A DNA stretch of 64,000 bases from a virus. Shown here in pieces: positions 28,832 through 37,730 of the stretch; positions within the stretch are counted from its first letter, which is position 1, and the number at the start of each line of letters is the position of its first letter. The notes beneath the pieces are model-generated. The model searched no databases and had not been told where the DNA came from. It saw nothing but the letters and a program-made list of their open reading frames with translations. The stretch covers positions 1 to 64,000 of the IMG/VR virus record IMGVR_UViG_3300027741_000029, one strand, 5' to 3'. The position numbers and the translations under genes were made by a program.

Positions 28832-29698
28832 ATGACAGAAGAAATCAATCAACAACAAGCACCTATGGACTTTGGTCTACCACCAGAGGCATTAGAATTC
28901 CTACGCAAGCAACATATTCATTTTTGTCTACCAATGTATGGTGGTCTATGTAATGAAGCAACCTTTATTGCAATGATCAAGTTTGGTATCATTGCCGGTA
29001 AAATGGGACTCAACTACAGTATCGATACAATGGTTAACGAATCACTTATTACTCGTGGTCGTAATAACCTTGTTGCAAAGTTCTTGTTTAACCAAGCAGC
29101 AACACACTTAATGTTTATTGACGTTGACCTTGGATTTGATCCAGAGGCAATCATTCGTCTATTACTTGCCAACCAAGATGTTGTTGGTGGCGTTTATCCA
29201 ATGAAACGTATTCCAATTCGTTATGTTATTAACACGGTACCAAATCCAGTTACTATGGGTGATTTGGTTGAAGTTAGCACACTTGGCACAGGCTTTATGA
29301 TGGTAAAGCGTGGCGTGATTGAACAACTCATTAAACTTCATCCTGAATTAAAGTATCGTGATAATATCGGTATCGGTGCGCAGTATGAGCCACTTATGTA
29401 TGGTCTCTTTGATACCATGATTGATAAGGATGATAACTACCTATCCGAAGATTGGACATTCTGCTATCTATGGCGCATGGCTGGCGGTAAGATTTTTGCT
29501 GATACAGGCATTAAACTTGACCATACTGGTTATCACAAGTATGAAGGTAATGTCGAAGAACTTAAACAGGTCTTGACAAACCAAGTTTCAAATGGTGGTC
29601 CACATCATCTTGATCCACAACAATCTGCTGCTGCCCCAACGCCACCAAGCGGAGCACCGCAGCCAATTAAATTGAAGTTGGGTAAGAAAAAAGGTTAA
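28832..29698 (+). CDS. GT-A fold glycosyltransferase-like protein
   Basis: THLMFIDVDLGF (DxD), GTGFMMVKR, YLSEDWTFC. Confidence 0.75.
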   Translation: MTEEINQQQAPMDFGLPPEALEFLRKQHIHFCLPMYGGLCNEATFIAMIKFGIIAGKMGLNYSIDTMVNESLITRGRNNLVAKFLFNQAATHLMFIDVDLGFDPEAIIRLLLANQDVVGGVYPMKRIPIRYVINTVPNPVTMGDLVEVSTLGTGFMMVKRGVIEQLIKLHPELKYRDNIGIGAQYEPLMYGLFDTMIDKDDNYLSEDWTFCYLWRMAGGKIFADTGIKLDHTGYHKYEGNVEELKQVLTNQVSNGGPHHLDPQQSAAAPTPPSGAPQPIKLKLGKKKG

Positions 29699-29702
29699 CC
29701 CT

Positions 29703-30188
29703 ATGGACAATGTGCTAGACACTGAATTAGTAGAATTTAAGATTGTGCTAGACAGTGTCTGGCACAATGATCCGCCCAAATACGAAGTTCTATTAAATGA
29801 TGAATTAATAGATAGTGGTGTTGTCGTTGAAAAAGAAGAAAATGGTGAGGAGAAAATCATCACCTTTTCTTCTGAATTACCAGAAGGCAACCACGTAATC
29901 AAAATTAGATTACAAGACAAACAAAATAAACATACGCCTGTTGACGAAAACAACAATATACTTGCTGACCAATTGTTAAACATTAAGCAGATTGAAATAG
30001 ACGAAATAGAATTAGACTATCTATTTTATTCATTAGGTGATTACCATCGTCAAATTGATACAATTGATGGTTCTGTTGTATTTGATGAAACACCTCTCCC
30101 TGACAAATATGTAAATATCGGTTGGAATGGCGAGTATCGTTTGAAGTTCTCTGTTCCTACATATATGTGGTTCTTAGAAAACCTATAA
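29703..30188 (+). CDS. hypothetical beta-rich protein
   Basis: ORF. Confidence 0.7.
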   Translation: MDNVLDTELVEFKIVLDSVWHNDPPKYEVLLNDELIDSGVVVEKEENGEEKIITFSSELPEGNHVIKIRLQDKQNKHTPVDENNNILADQLLNIKQIEIDEIELDYLFYSLGDYHRQIDTIDGSVVFDETPLPDKYVNIGWNGEYRLKFSVPTYMWFLENL

Positions 30189-30195
30189 ATATTTG

Positions 30196-31323
30196 ATGTT
30201 CATAAATCAGATAATAAACGAAGCACCAAAGGTTGGACGTGCTTTCCAACACGTAGAAGATTTAGTATTGATTAATGGCAGCAGCGGTGCGCAAAATGCC
30301 ATTTCTCGTCTCTCAACTCTTGCAAGTAATCCACAAATGGTAAGATGGAAATGGGACGGTAAGCCACAAGTATATTGGGGTCGTGAACCTGATGGCAAGT
30401 TCATCATGGTTGGTCACAATGGTTGGTTAAAACCAAATGAAAGTGGCAAGAGTCGTTCACCAGCAGAACTTGTAAAGTTTATTATGAGCACTGGCAATGT
30501 AGCACCTGATAAAGAAGATGAGCGTATGCGTTTTGCCAATGAATATGCCAGTCTATGGGCGTTATTTGAGGCAGCAACGCCGCAAGAATTTCGTGGTTAT
30601 GTATACGGTGATTTATTGTTTATGCGCCGTCCGCCACTAGAAAATAATTCATACACATTTACACCAAACAATGTAACATATAGTGTTCCTGTAACCACTG
30701 AACTTGGACAACGTATTTCGAAAGCAACAGCAGCAGTAGTAGGACATGCTTTCTTTCCACAGTTTGGCATGGGTGACGATCAACAACAACCTATTGATGA
30801 TTTTACCGCATTTAACAAGACACAAGGATTAATTGTGTTAGGTCCACGTTACGCAAGTCAACCTGTTAAAATTGACACAAAGAAACTACAAGACCTACAA
30901 AAGTATGTTGTAGCTAATAAAACTGCTATTGATAATTTCTTAAATGATGAACGACTTGCGGCAATGAAAATGGCAGGTTTCAAAGGTGTTCTATATAACT
31001 TTAATAACCAAATGGCAAAGAGTGGCAGAACCGCTGATCTTGCAAGTGAGTTTACTAATTGGTTAAGTAGCGGTAGCAAACAAAGTGCGCCGATGCAACA
31101 GAAGATTACGGATTGGATTGCGCAAAATCAAAAAGGTTTTATTGCAACCTTTGCGGTGCTAGAAAATCTACGCAGCGTTAAGAATCAAATTATTGATCAG
31201 TTGGATAGCGAAGGTGGCGATATCCAACAAACTACTAAGGGTCAAAAGGGTGGTGAAGGTTATGTCAACTATGGCGAACCTAATATTAAACTTGTGCCTC
31301 GCCATCGTTGGACACCAAATTAA
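30196..31323 (+). CDS. conserved T4-like phage protein with KxDG ligase-type motif and E-terminated leader
   Basis: MFINQIINE-AP; QHVED; KWDG; GGEGYV; TATAAATA 4 nt upstream. Confidence 0.7.
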   Translation: MFINQIINEAPKVGRAFQHVEDLVLINGSSGAQNAISRLSTLASNPQMVRWKWDGKPQVYWGREPDGKFIMVGHNGWLKPNESGKSRSPAELVKFIMSTGNVAPDKEDERMRFANEYASLWALFEAATPQEFRGYVYGDLLFMRRPPLENNSYTFTPNNVTYSVPVTTELGQRISKATAAVVGHAFFPQFGMGDDQQQPIDDFTAFNKTQGLIVLGPRYASQPVKIDTKKLQDLQKYVVANKTAIDNFLNDERLAAMKMAGFKGVLYNFNNQMAKSGRTADLASEFTNWLSSGSKQSAPMQQKITDWIAQNQKGFIATFAVLENLRSVKNQIIDQLDSEGGDIQQTTKGQKGGEGYVNYGEPNIKLVPRHRWTPN

Positions 31324-31366
31324 CCACACTCCAGTATACAGATAAATATTTTATCTGGATTGTATA

Positions 31367-34300
31367 ATGACCTTAAGCCACCGCACCATCTTCAATGAAG
31401 CACCAAATCCTCATGTTGCATTTGCATTTGGGAGATTAAATCCTCCACATTATGGTCACGAAGGTGTAATCAATACTCTTGCTAGCGTGGCAAAGAAAGG
31501 CAGTTGGGCGTTATTTTTAAGTAAAAGCCAAGATGCAAAAAAGAATCCGCTTACATATGATCAAAAGTTAAAGTGGGTTAAAACTTTATATCCACAAGTG
31601 CAAGGTCATCTTGTTGAAGACCCTAGTATTAAAACATTTCTTCAAGCAGCAGTATATTTGTATAATAAAGGGTTTCGTTCGGCTACCTTTGTTGCTGGTG
31701 AAGATGATATGGCAAGTATGCGTCCAGTGTTGGAGAGATACAATGGCGTAGAAAGCAGTCACGGCATGTATAAGTTTGAACCATTTTCATTCATGGAAAG
31801 TCCACGTTTAACAAGTGCTACCAATGCTCGCAAAGCAGTTACAGATAATGATCCAGAAGCATTTGAACGTGCTACAAGAGTAAAGCCAAACATTATGGTA
31901 GATGGCAAGAACCTATTTCAAACTGTTCGCATTGGCATGGGTCTTGGTGAAAGTATGGAAGAAAGTGTTATTACCGAGAGTGTTATTGCCAAAAACCTAT
32001 CAGTAGAACAACTTGCACACATTAGCGATAAGGCGTTGGACGATGCATATCATTATGGGTTATCTACACCAGGTGCTAACTTTGGTTGGTTAGCAAATAT
32101 TGAAAGTGCAACCGCTGCCAAGCGTATGATTGATAGTGGTATTACCGATGTAGATGCAATTGCCAACGCTATCCACGATGGTTGGAACAAGACCGCAATG
32201 GCTGATTATATGGGCAAGTTGCAGTTAGATGCGCCTACAATTCCCGATAAGAAAAAGAAGCGTTATGCACTTGCCCAACAAACTTATGGTCAGTTGCCAG
32301 AAGTAGAAAAAGAAAAAGACCGTGTAGTTGCTCGTGCTATGTTGAAGGCAATGGGTATCGTTACCGAAGCGCCAGGTATTGGTGGCGATTGGGGCGATAA
32401 TCCTAAACTTGTAAAGCGTGGTAGAGCACCGTATAAACCAAACATAGACAATACCTATTATGGTTCTACGCACGGAGTTGATCTTGACCTATACGGTTTA
32501 CCAAAGTATGAATTAGACGAAGACCTAACACCAGACCAATGGGCAGAGTTGCGCATTGCTGATCCAAAAGCCTATATGGGCAATAAGGATTATACTAATC
32601 GTCGTTGGTGGACTCTACAGTTTAAGAAGGCTCGTGCTGCTGCTCGTGAGAAGGGTGCGCAACGCTTTGAGTTCCCACCAGGTTCCAAGAACAGTTATAT
32701 GGTTGCACCTGACTTGGCAAACGAAGATACTGATCAACCAGATAGCAGCAACAATTCTGTTCGTAATCAGTTGAATGCTTGGATGGATCAAGACCAAAAA
32801 ATTAAAAACCCAACACAGCGGTTGTCACTGCAGAATAAGGCTTGGCAATATATTACCAAAAATATGGATGCCATCCTTGCTGACAAAGGTGCGGATGGTA
32901 AGGGAAGTTATCCTGCGGCACCATATGCGGCTTGGTTGCTAGTTCAACATATGGATGCTTATCCACAAAATCAAAGCAAGTTTCTACAACAACTGGAACA
33001 GTCAGGACTTGATCCTGCACCCAATCCTGGCGAAAAAGGAAAGTTACAGTTCTTAAAAGACCGTGTAGCAGTCAATAATGAAATTATAAAATTATGGAAT
33101 GCTGACAAGAATGCTTATAAAGATAAGAATGGACAATTACTTACTAATCCAACAGTAGATGTTCGTGATCCATCAAAGTTTGATGATGCTGATGAAAGTA
33201 AGATTGAAACATCTCGTAATGCGGCATTAAAAAATGCAGTAGAGGCTGGCAATACGCTACTTGTTGCCGCAGTAAATGCTACTAACGCACAAACACAACC
33301 ATCATACCAACAAGAAAGTGTAAGCGAAGGCAAAGTAACACTTTATACTGATCCAGATTATTTTGGTGCAGAAGTAGATGATAGTGGCTTTGATGCATTA
33401 CCGATCATCAATATTCCTACAAACAAACTTGTTGGGTTTGAACCCGATGATAAGATGAAATTACCAAAAGCCCAAGCAAATGTTGCGAAAATTATAGATG
33501 GTCTAGAGAAGAATGAAAATATACCACCTATTTTAGTTCGAAAATATAAGAGTGGTTATCAAGTATTAGATGGACATCATAGATTCTGGGCTTATAAAAC
33601 ACTTAAAAAAGATAGTATACCTGCACGATTAGTTCCTGATAGTGATATTGAAGAAATTAGCAAAAACAAAGTCAATGAAGCAGCAGATGGAACGCAACCT
33701 GAATATCTATGGCATGGTTCAAGAAATAAAATTCCTGTATTAAGCCCAAGACAAGCAGTTGATACTGGTGGTGCAACAGGTAGTAATAAAAATGCTATCT
33801 ATGCTACTGATAATAAAAATTTTGCTATTTTAATGGGTATGACAGAACCTAATAGTGATGTTGCTACTTTTCACACACCTGGCGAACCAATCCAAGGAGT
33901 TTTGTTTAGTGGTAAAATAAGACATGGGCAAAGTATGTATTTGCATATGTTGCCAACAAAAGATGCAGAAGGTAAAGATATTTTTATGCGTGGTTCTGCC
34001 GATGGCGAATATTATAGCAGACCAGATATTGAAGAATTAAAACCTTTAAAAATTATTGTTGTTCCAGTAGATGAACATTTGAATTTAATCAGAAAACCTA
34101 CAAAGAAAGATTTAGAATTACGACAATATTATCTTAATAGAGCAAACCAAAAACAAGAAAGCGTAAGCGAAGCCGCAGAAAAATCAACCAAAGCCGAGGC
34201 AAAGTATCAGGCAATGCCTCGCAATGGTCAACGCTGTGATCATTGCACTATGTGGCGACCACCACACGGTTGTTCGGCTGTTAGTGGCAAGATTGCGGCA

Positions 34301-37300
34301 AATGGTTGGTGTTCATATTATAAGCGCAGTCATCGTAAAGATTTAGAAGAAGACAGTGATAAAAGTGAAATCTTCAAATCATTAATTAAAAAATATCAAC
34401 TTGCTGGCAAAAGTGATGAAGAAGCACGAGACGCTGCTATAATTGATTTTGATAAAAGATTTGGTTGGCATAGAACGCTTACACCAGACCAATTAAAATC
34501 ATTAACGGGTGTAAAAAAATTAGAACTTGATGAGGCAGCATCACCAGTGTTGTTCCACTATACAGGTAGTTTGGGTGCAGCACTAAACATTCTTAAGAAC
34601 AATCAGTTTATGTTGAGCATTTCTACTGGTTCGGTAGAAGATCAGTATGCACCAAAAGGTTATGAGTATTTCCTATCTACAACACGCAGTAAGGCAGGCG
34701 GATATCATCAAATAGTTGGCGACACTGGCGTTATGTTTAACCTTGATGGCAATTGGTTTAATCGTCGTTATCCTGTGAAGGCAATTGATTATTGGGCAGG
34801 AATGTATAGAGGAGACCGTCATAGCGAAAGCGAAGACCGTGTATTCTCTCGTGAGCCATCTATGTCAGCAGATGCTATTACTGCTATTCATATCTTGTTA
34901 AAAGAAAAGGGTGAATATGCTAGTCCAAATACTCGTCAGTTGATGATTCTTGCCAAGAAGCGTGGCTTGCCAACCTATCTTTATAGTGATGAAAATGCTT
35001 GGAGATTACAAAATACTAAGCAAGCAGTACCAGTAAGTGGTGCTCAAGATTTACTGCGTGGTCAGAAGAAAACAGGTTATATCAGCAGCAGTAATTTTGG
35101 CAAGCGAATGTTAAGACCATGGTTAGAACTGATATTCAAGAAAAACCGCAGTGAGTTATCAAAGAAGGCAAATGAACTTCGCTATGGTTTAACATACTGG
35201 AACGGTGGTCAGTTTAGTGATGATCTTGGACTGCGTAATGAAATTTCAAATGCTCGTAAACCTGGTAGTAGTGGTTATCCAGAGGCTACTAAAATTATCG
35301 CAGCAATGCGCAAAATTGGTGCCAATAATGTAAAAGATTTACTAACATTCTTGCACAAGAAGTGGGATGCAGAAGCACAACAACCACTTAAAAGCGACAA
35401 TGATGCACAACGAGCAATTGCTAAAATCCGTGCCGATAGTGCTAAAAAAGAAAGTGTTGAAGAAGCACTTGATCCAAATGAAACACATGGTTGGATTTTG
35501 CCTAACCGCAAAGTTGTTTATGTTGAGAAGGAAGAACATCTGTCGTGGCTTTATAGTAATGACATTGATGGATATGAAGAAGCATTTACCCAAGGATATG
35601 TTCGTTTTGTAAATCTTCCCAATACATTTTTTCTAGAAGGAACATCAAGTGGTCTTAAAAAATTATACAGAGTATATGCAGCATCTGCACTATCAAGACC
35701 AAATATTGCCGTAGATGTTTATTATGGCAATAGAGGAAATGCAACTTCAAGTTATGATTTTACCATGCCACAAGAAAAAACAAAGTTTATGCGCTTACTT
35801 GGACCAAGTTCTGTTGGCGAACACGCTGGCAGCATTATTGGCACAGTAGGCGGCGGTAATGATTATCCTGACCGTCAGGTAGCCACTTTTCCATGGGACC
35901 GTTGGATACAGCCAGATACTGGCAACAGTAAATTAGCGTATGTTGATGACCTTGATGAAGTAAACATGAGTCCATCGGCTCTATCAAAGTTTGCTGCTAC
36001 TCCACAAGCACAGGCAATGACTATTGGTTTTGAAGCAGAAATGCTGGTGCCAGGTTTGGATTACGAAGATGAAGATGCAGACTATGGTGGTGTAAGCCGT
36101 GTGCAGTATGAGTTTCGCAGAGACCCAAGCAATTGGGATTTGAGTAAGGACGCTCCATTTCCAACTGAAAAAGATTGGGCTATACAAGTAGCAGCATGGG
36201 CAAGTAAAAGCGATATGCTTGATTCTGAGGATGTTGGCAATATTCGTGTTGAACTTCGTGATATAAACAAAAATTTTATCGCATATGTGGAAAAGAATAA
36301 AGATGTATCAACTGAAATAGTTAAACCAGAAAATTTAAAATGGATTGCTAATTACATTGACAAGAATACTGCGTGGATGTTAACTAAAAAAGAAATAAAA
36401 CAAGCAATCATAGATAACCCAAATGATTCCGATAGATATAGTGTTGTTTGGGACGCTCGCACAATCTTTATTGAAAAGATGCTAGAAGATTCAACACCAC
36501 AAGAATATGAAGAGTTATGGAAGGCTTATCTTAAAAGATATAATATTAAAAACATAAGTGATTGGTTTATGAGATGGGGACAACCACAAAATGATTATGT
36601 ATTTTACCCATACCTAAAAGGAACCCCACCACAAGACTCTACTGCGATAACCGTAAAAGAACTTGCCGTTAGTTGGAAGGCAGTGATTGGAGCAAATGTA
36701 AAGTATGGCGGTGGATATCATGGCATAAAGCGTGATGGCACTAGTTGGATTCTTGAGCCTGATAGCAGTATTAGTGGTGATGATAACGGTATTGAACTTA
36801 TATCACCGCCTATGCCGCTACAACAAGGCATGGCGGCACTTGATAAGTTCTTCCAATGGGCAGGTCAAAACGGATATTATGGCAATGAATCAACTGGATT
36901 CCATGTTGGTGTTAGCCTACCAGAAGAACTACAATCAAAAATTGACCCACTTAAAGTAGTAATGTTGCTTGGTGATCAATATGTGTTAGACCTATTTGAT
37001 CGTGGCAGCAATGAATATACCAAGAGCAGTCTTGGTGCAGTTCAAAAACTATTTAAATCACGCAGTAGTAATGTGCGACCAGAAGATTATGCTAAATTAT
37101 TGCGTAAAGATTTAGCAAGAACAGCACAAGCAATTGTCAATCGCACGATGAATGGCGGCAACAAGTATGTATCCGTTTATCTTAAATCTAATTATATTGA
37201 GTTCCGCAGTGCTGGCGGAAACTTTATGGAACACATAGACGATATCAAGAATACTGTGCTGCGTTATGTTCAGGTAATGGCAATTGCTGCTGATCCACAA

Positions 37301-37714
37301 GCATATCGTGAAGAATATGCCAAGAAACTTTATAAAGTGATTGCTAAAAATATTCCACGAGATGATGACCAACTGTCAAACTTTGCTATGTATGCCAGTG
37401 GTTTAATTGACCAAAATGTGTTGAAGATGCGTTTACAGAAGCGTCAGACCGATAAGGCAGATGCAGCAGCAAGAGCAGCATTTGTTGCTAGCACAAAGAT
37501 TTATAGAGTATGGCTTGGCGACCCACCATATGGTTCTAATCTCTCTGACCCAAAACGCTTTGCTACGCCAAGTGAAGCATATGCTTGGGCAAAATCTTAT
37601 GCAGTTCGTCTTTCAAGCACCTTTGATGCTAAAAGTTTATACTTAGAGCCAGATGATCATAGCATACCACCAATCGTGCTTGACCAACCTGCTTCTGGTC
37701 CATGGCTACAATAA
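31367..37714 (+). CDS. 2115-aa multidomain polyprotein: HIGH nucleotidyltransferase, RyR-like, DUF6624-like, ParB-like, ART-like x2, HiPIP, amidoligase
   Basis: motifs FGRLNPPHYGH, YGQLPEVEKEKDR, AWLLVQH, DGHHR, LWHGS, CxxC...GWC, LFHYT/STTRS/ESE, GFEAE...EPDSS...ELISPP. Confidence 0.85.
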   Translation: MTLSHRTIFNEAPNPHVAFAFGRLNPPHYGHEGVINTLASVAKKGSWALFLSKSQDAKKNPLTYDQKLKWVKTLYPQVQGHLVEDPSIKTFLQAAVYLYNKGFRSATFVAGEDDMASMRPVLERYNGVESSHGMYKFEPFSFMESPRLTSATNARKAVTDNDPEAFERATRVKPNIMVDGKNLFQTVRIGMGLGESMEESVITESVIAKNLSVEQLAHISDKALDDAYHYGLSTPGANFGWLANIESATAAKRMIDSGITDVDAIANAIHDGWNKTAMADYMGKLQLDAPTIPDKKKKRYALAQQTYGQLPEVEKEKDRVVARAMLKAMGIVTEAPGIGGDWGDNPKLVKRGRAPYKPNIDNTYYGSTHGVDLDLYGLPKYELDEDLTPDQWAELRIADPKAYMGNKDYTNRRWWTLQFKKARAAAREKGAQRFEFPPGSKNSYMVAPDLANEDTDQPDSSNNSVRNQLNAWMDQDQKIKNPTQRLSLQNKAWQYITKNMDAILADKGADGKGSYPAAPYAAWLLVQHMDAYPQNQSKFLQQLEQSGLDPAPNPGEKGKLQFLKDRVAVNNEIIKLWNADKNAYKDKNGQLLTNPTVDVRDPSKFDDADESKIETSRNAALKNAVEAGNTLLVAAVNATNAQTQPSYQQESVSEGKVTLYTDPDYFGAEVDDSGFDALPIINIPTNKLVGFEPDDKMKLPKAQANVAKIIDGLEKNENIPPILVRKYKSGYQVLDGHHRFWAYKTLKKDSIPARLVPDSDIEEISKNKVNEAADGTQPEYLWHGSRNKIPVLSPRQAVDTGGATGSNKNAIYATDNKNFAILMGMTEPNSDVATFHTPGEPIQGVLFSGKIRHGQSMYLHMLPTKDAEGKDIFMRGSADGEYYSRPDIEELKPLKIIVVPVDEHLNLIRKPTKKDLELRQYYLNRANQKQESVSEAAEKSTKAEAKYQAMPRNGQRCDHCTMWRPPHGCSAVSGKIAANGWCSYYKRSHRKDLEEDSDKSEIFKSLIKKYQLAGKSDEEARDAAIIDFDKRFGWHRTLTPDQLKSLTGVKKLELDEAASPVLFHYTGSLGAALNILKNNQFMLSISTGSVEDQYAPKGYEYFLSTTRSKAGGYHQIVGDTGVMFNLDGNWFNRRYPVKAIDYWAGMYRGDRHSESEDRVFSREPSMSADAITAIHILLKEKGEYASPNTRQLMILAKKRGLPTYLYSDENAWRLQNTKQAVPVSGAQDLLRGQKKTGYISSSNFGKRMLRPWLELIFKKNRSELSKKANELRYGLTYWNGGQFSDDLGLRNEISNARKPGSSGYPEATKIIAAMRKIGANNVKDLLTFLHKKWDAEAQQPLKSDNDAQRAIAKIRADSAKKESVEEALDPNETHGWILPNRKVVYVEKEEHLSWLYSNDIDGYEEAFTQGYVRFVNLPNTFFLEGTSSGLKKLYRVYAASALSRPNIAVDVYYGNRGNATSSYDFTMPQEKTKFMRLLGPSSVGEHAGSIIGTVGGGNDYPDRQVATFPWDRWIQPDTGNSKLAYVDDLDEVNMSPSALSKFAATPQAQAMTIGFEAEMLVPGLDYEDEDADYGGVSRVQYEFRRDPSNWDLSKDAPFPTEKDWAIQVAAWASKSDMLDSEDVGNIRVELRDINKNFIAYVEKNKDVSTEIVKPENLKWIANYIDKNTAWMLTKKEIKQAIIDNPNDSDRYSVVWDARTIFIEKMLEDSTPQEYEELWKAYLKRYNIKNISDWFMRWGQPQNDYVFYPYLKGTPPQDSTAITVKELAVSWKAVIGANVKYGGGYHGIKRDGTSWILEPDSSISGDDNGIELISPPMPLQQGMAALDKFFQWAGQNGYYGNESTGFHVGVSLPEELQSKIDPLKVVMLLGDQYVLDLFDRGSNEYTKSSLGAVQKLFKSRSSNVRPEDYAKLLRKDLARTAQAIVNRTMNGGNKYVSVYLKSNYIEFRSAGGNFMEHIDDIKNTVLRYVQVMAIAADPQAYREEYAKKLYKVIAKNIPRDDDQLSNFAMYASGLIDQNVLKMRLQKRQTDKADAAARAAFVASTKIYRVWLGDPPYGSNLSDPKRFATPSEAYAWAKSYAVRLSSTFDAKSLYLEPDDHSIPPIVLDQPASGPWLQ

Positions 37715-37730
37715 ACAGGTAAATATATAA

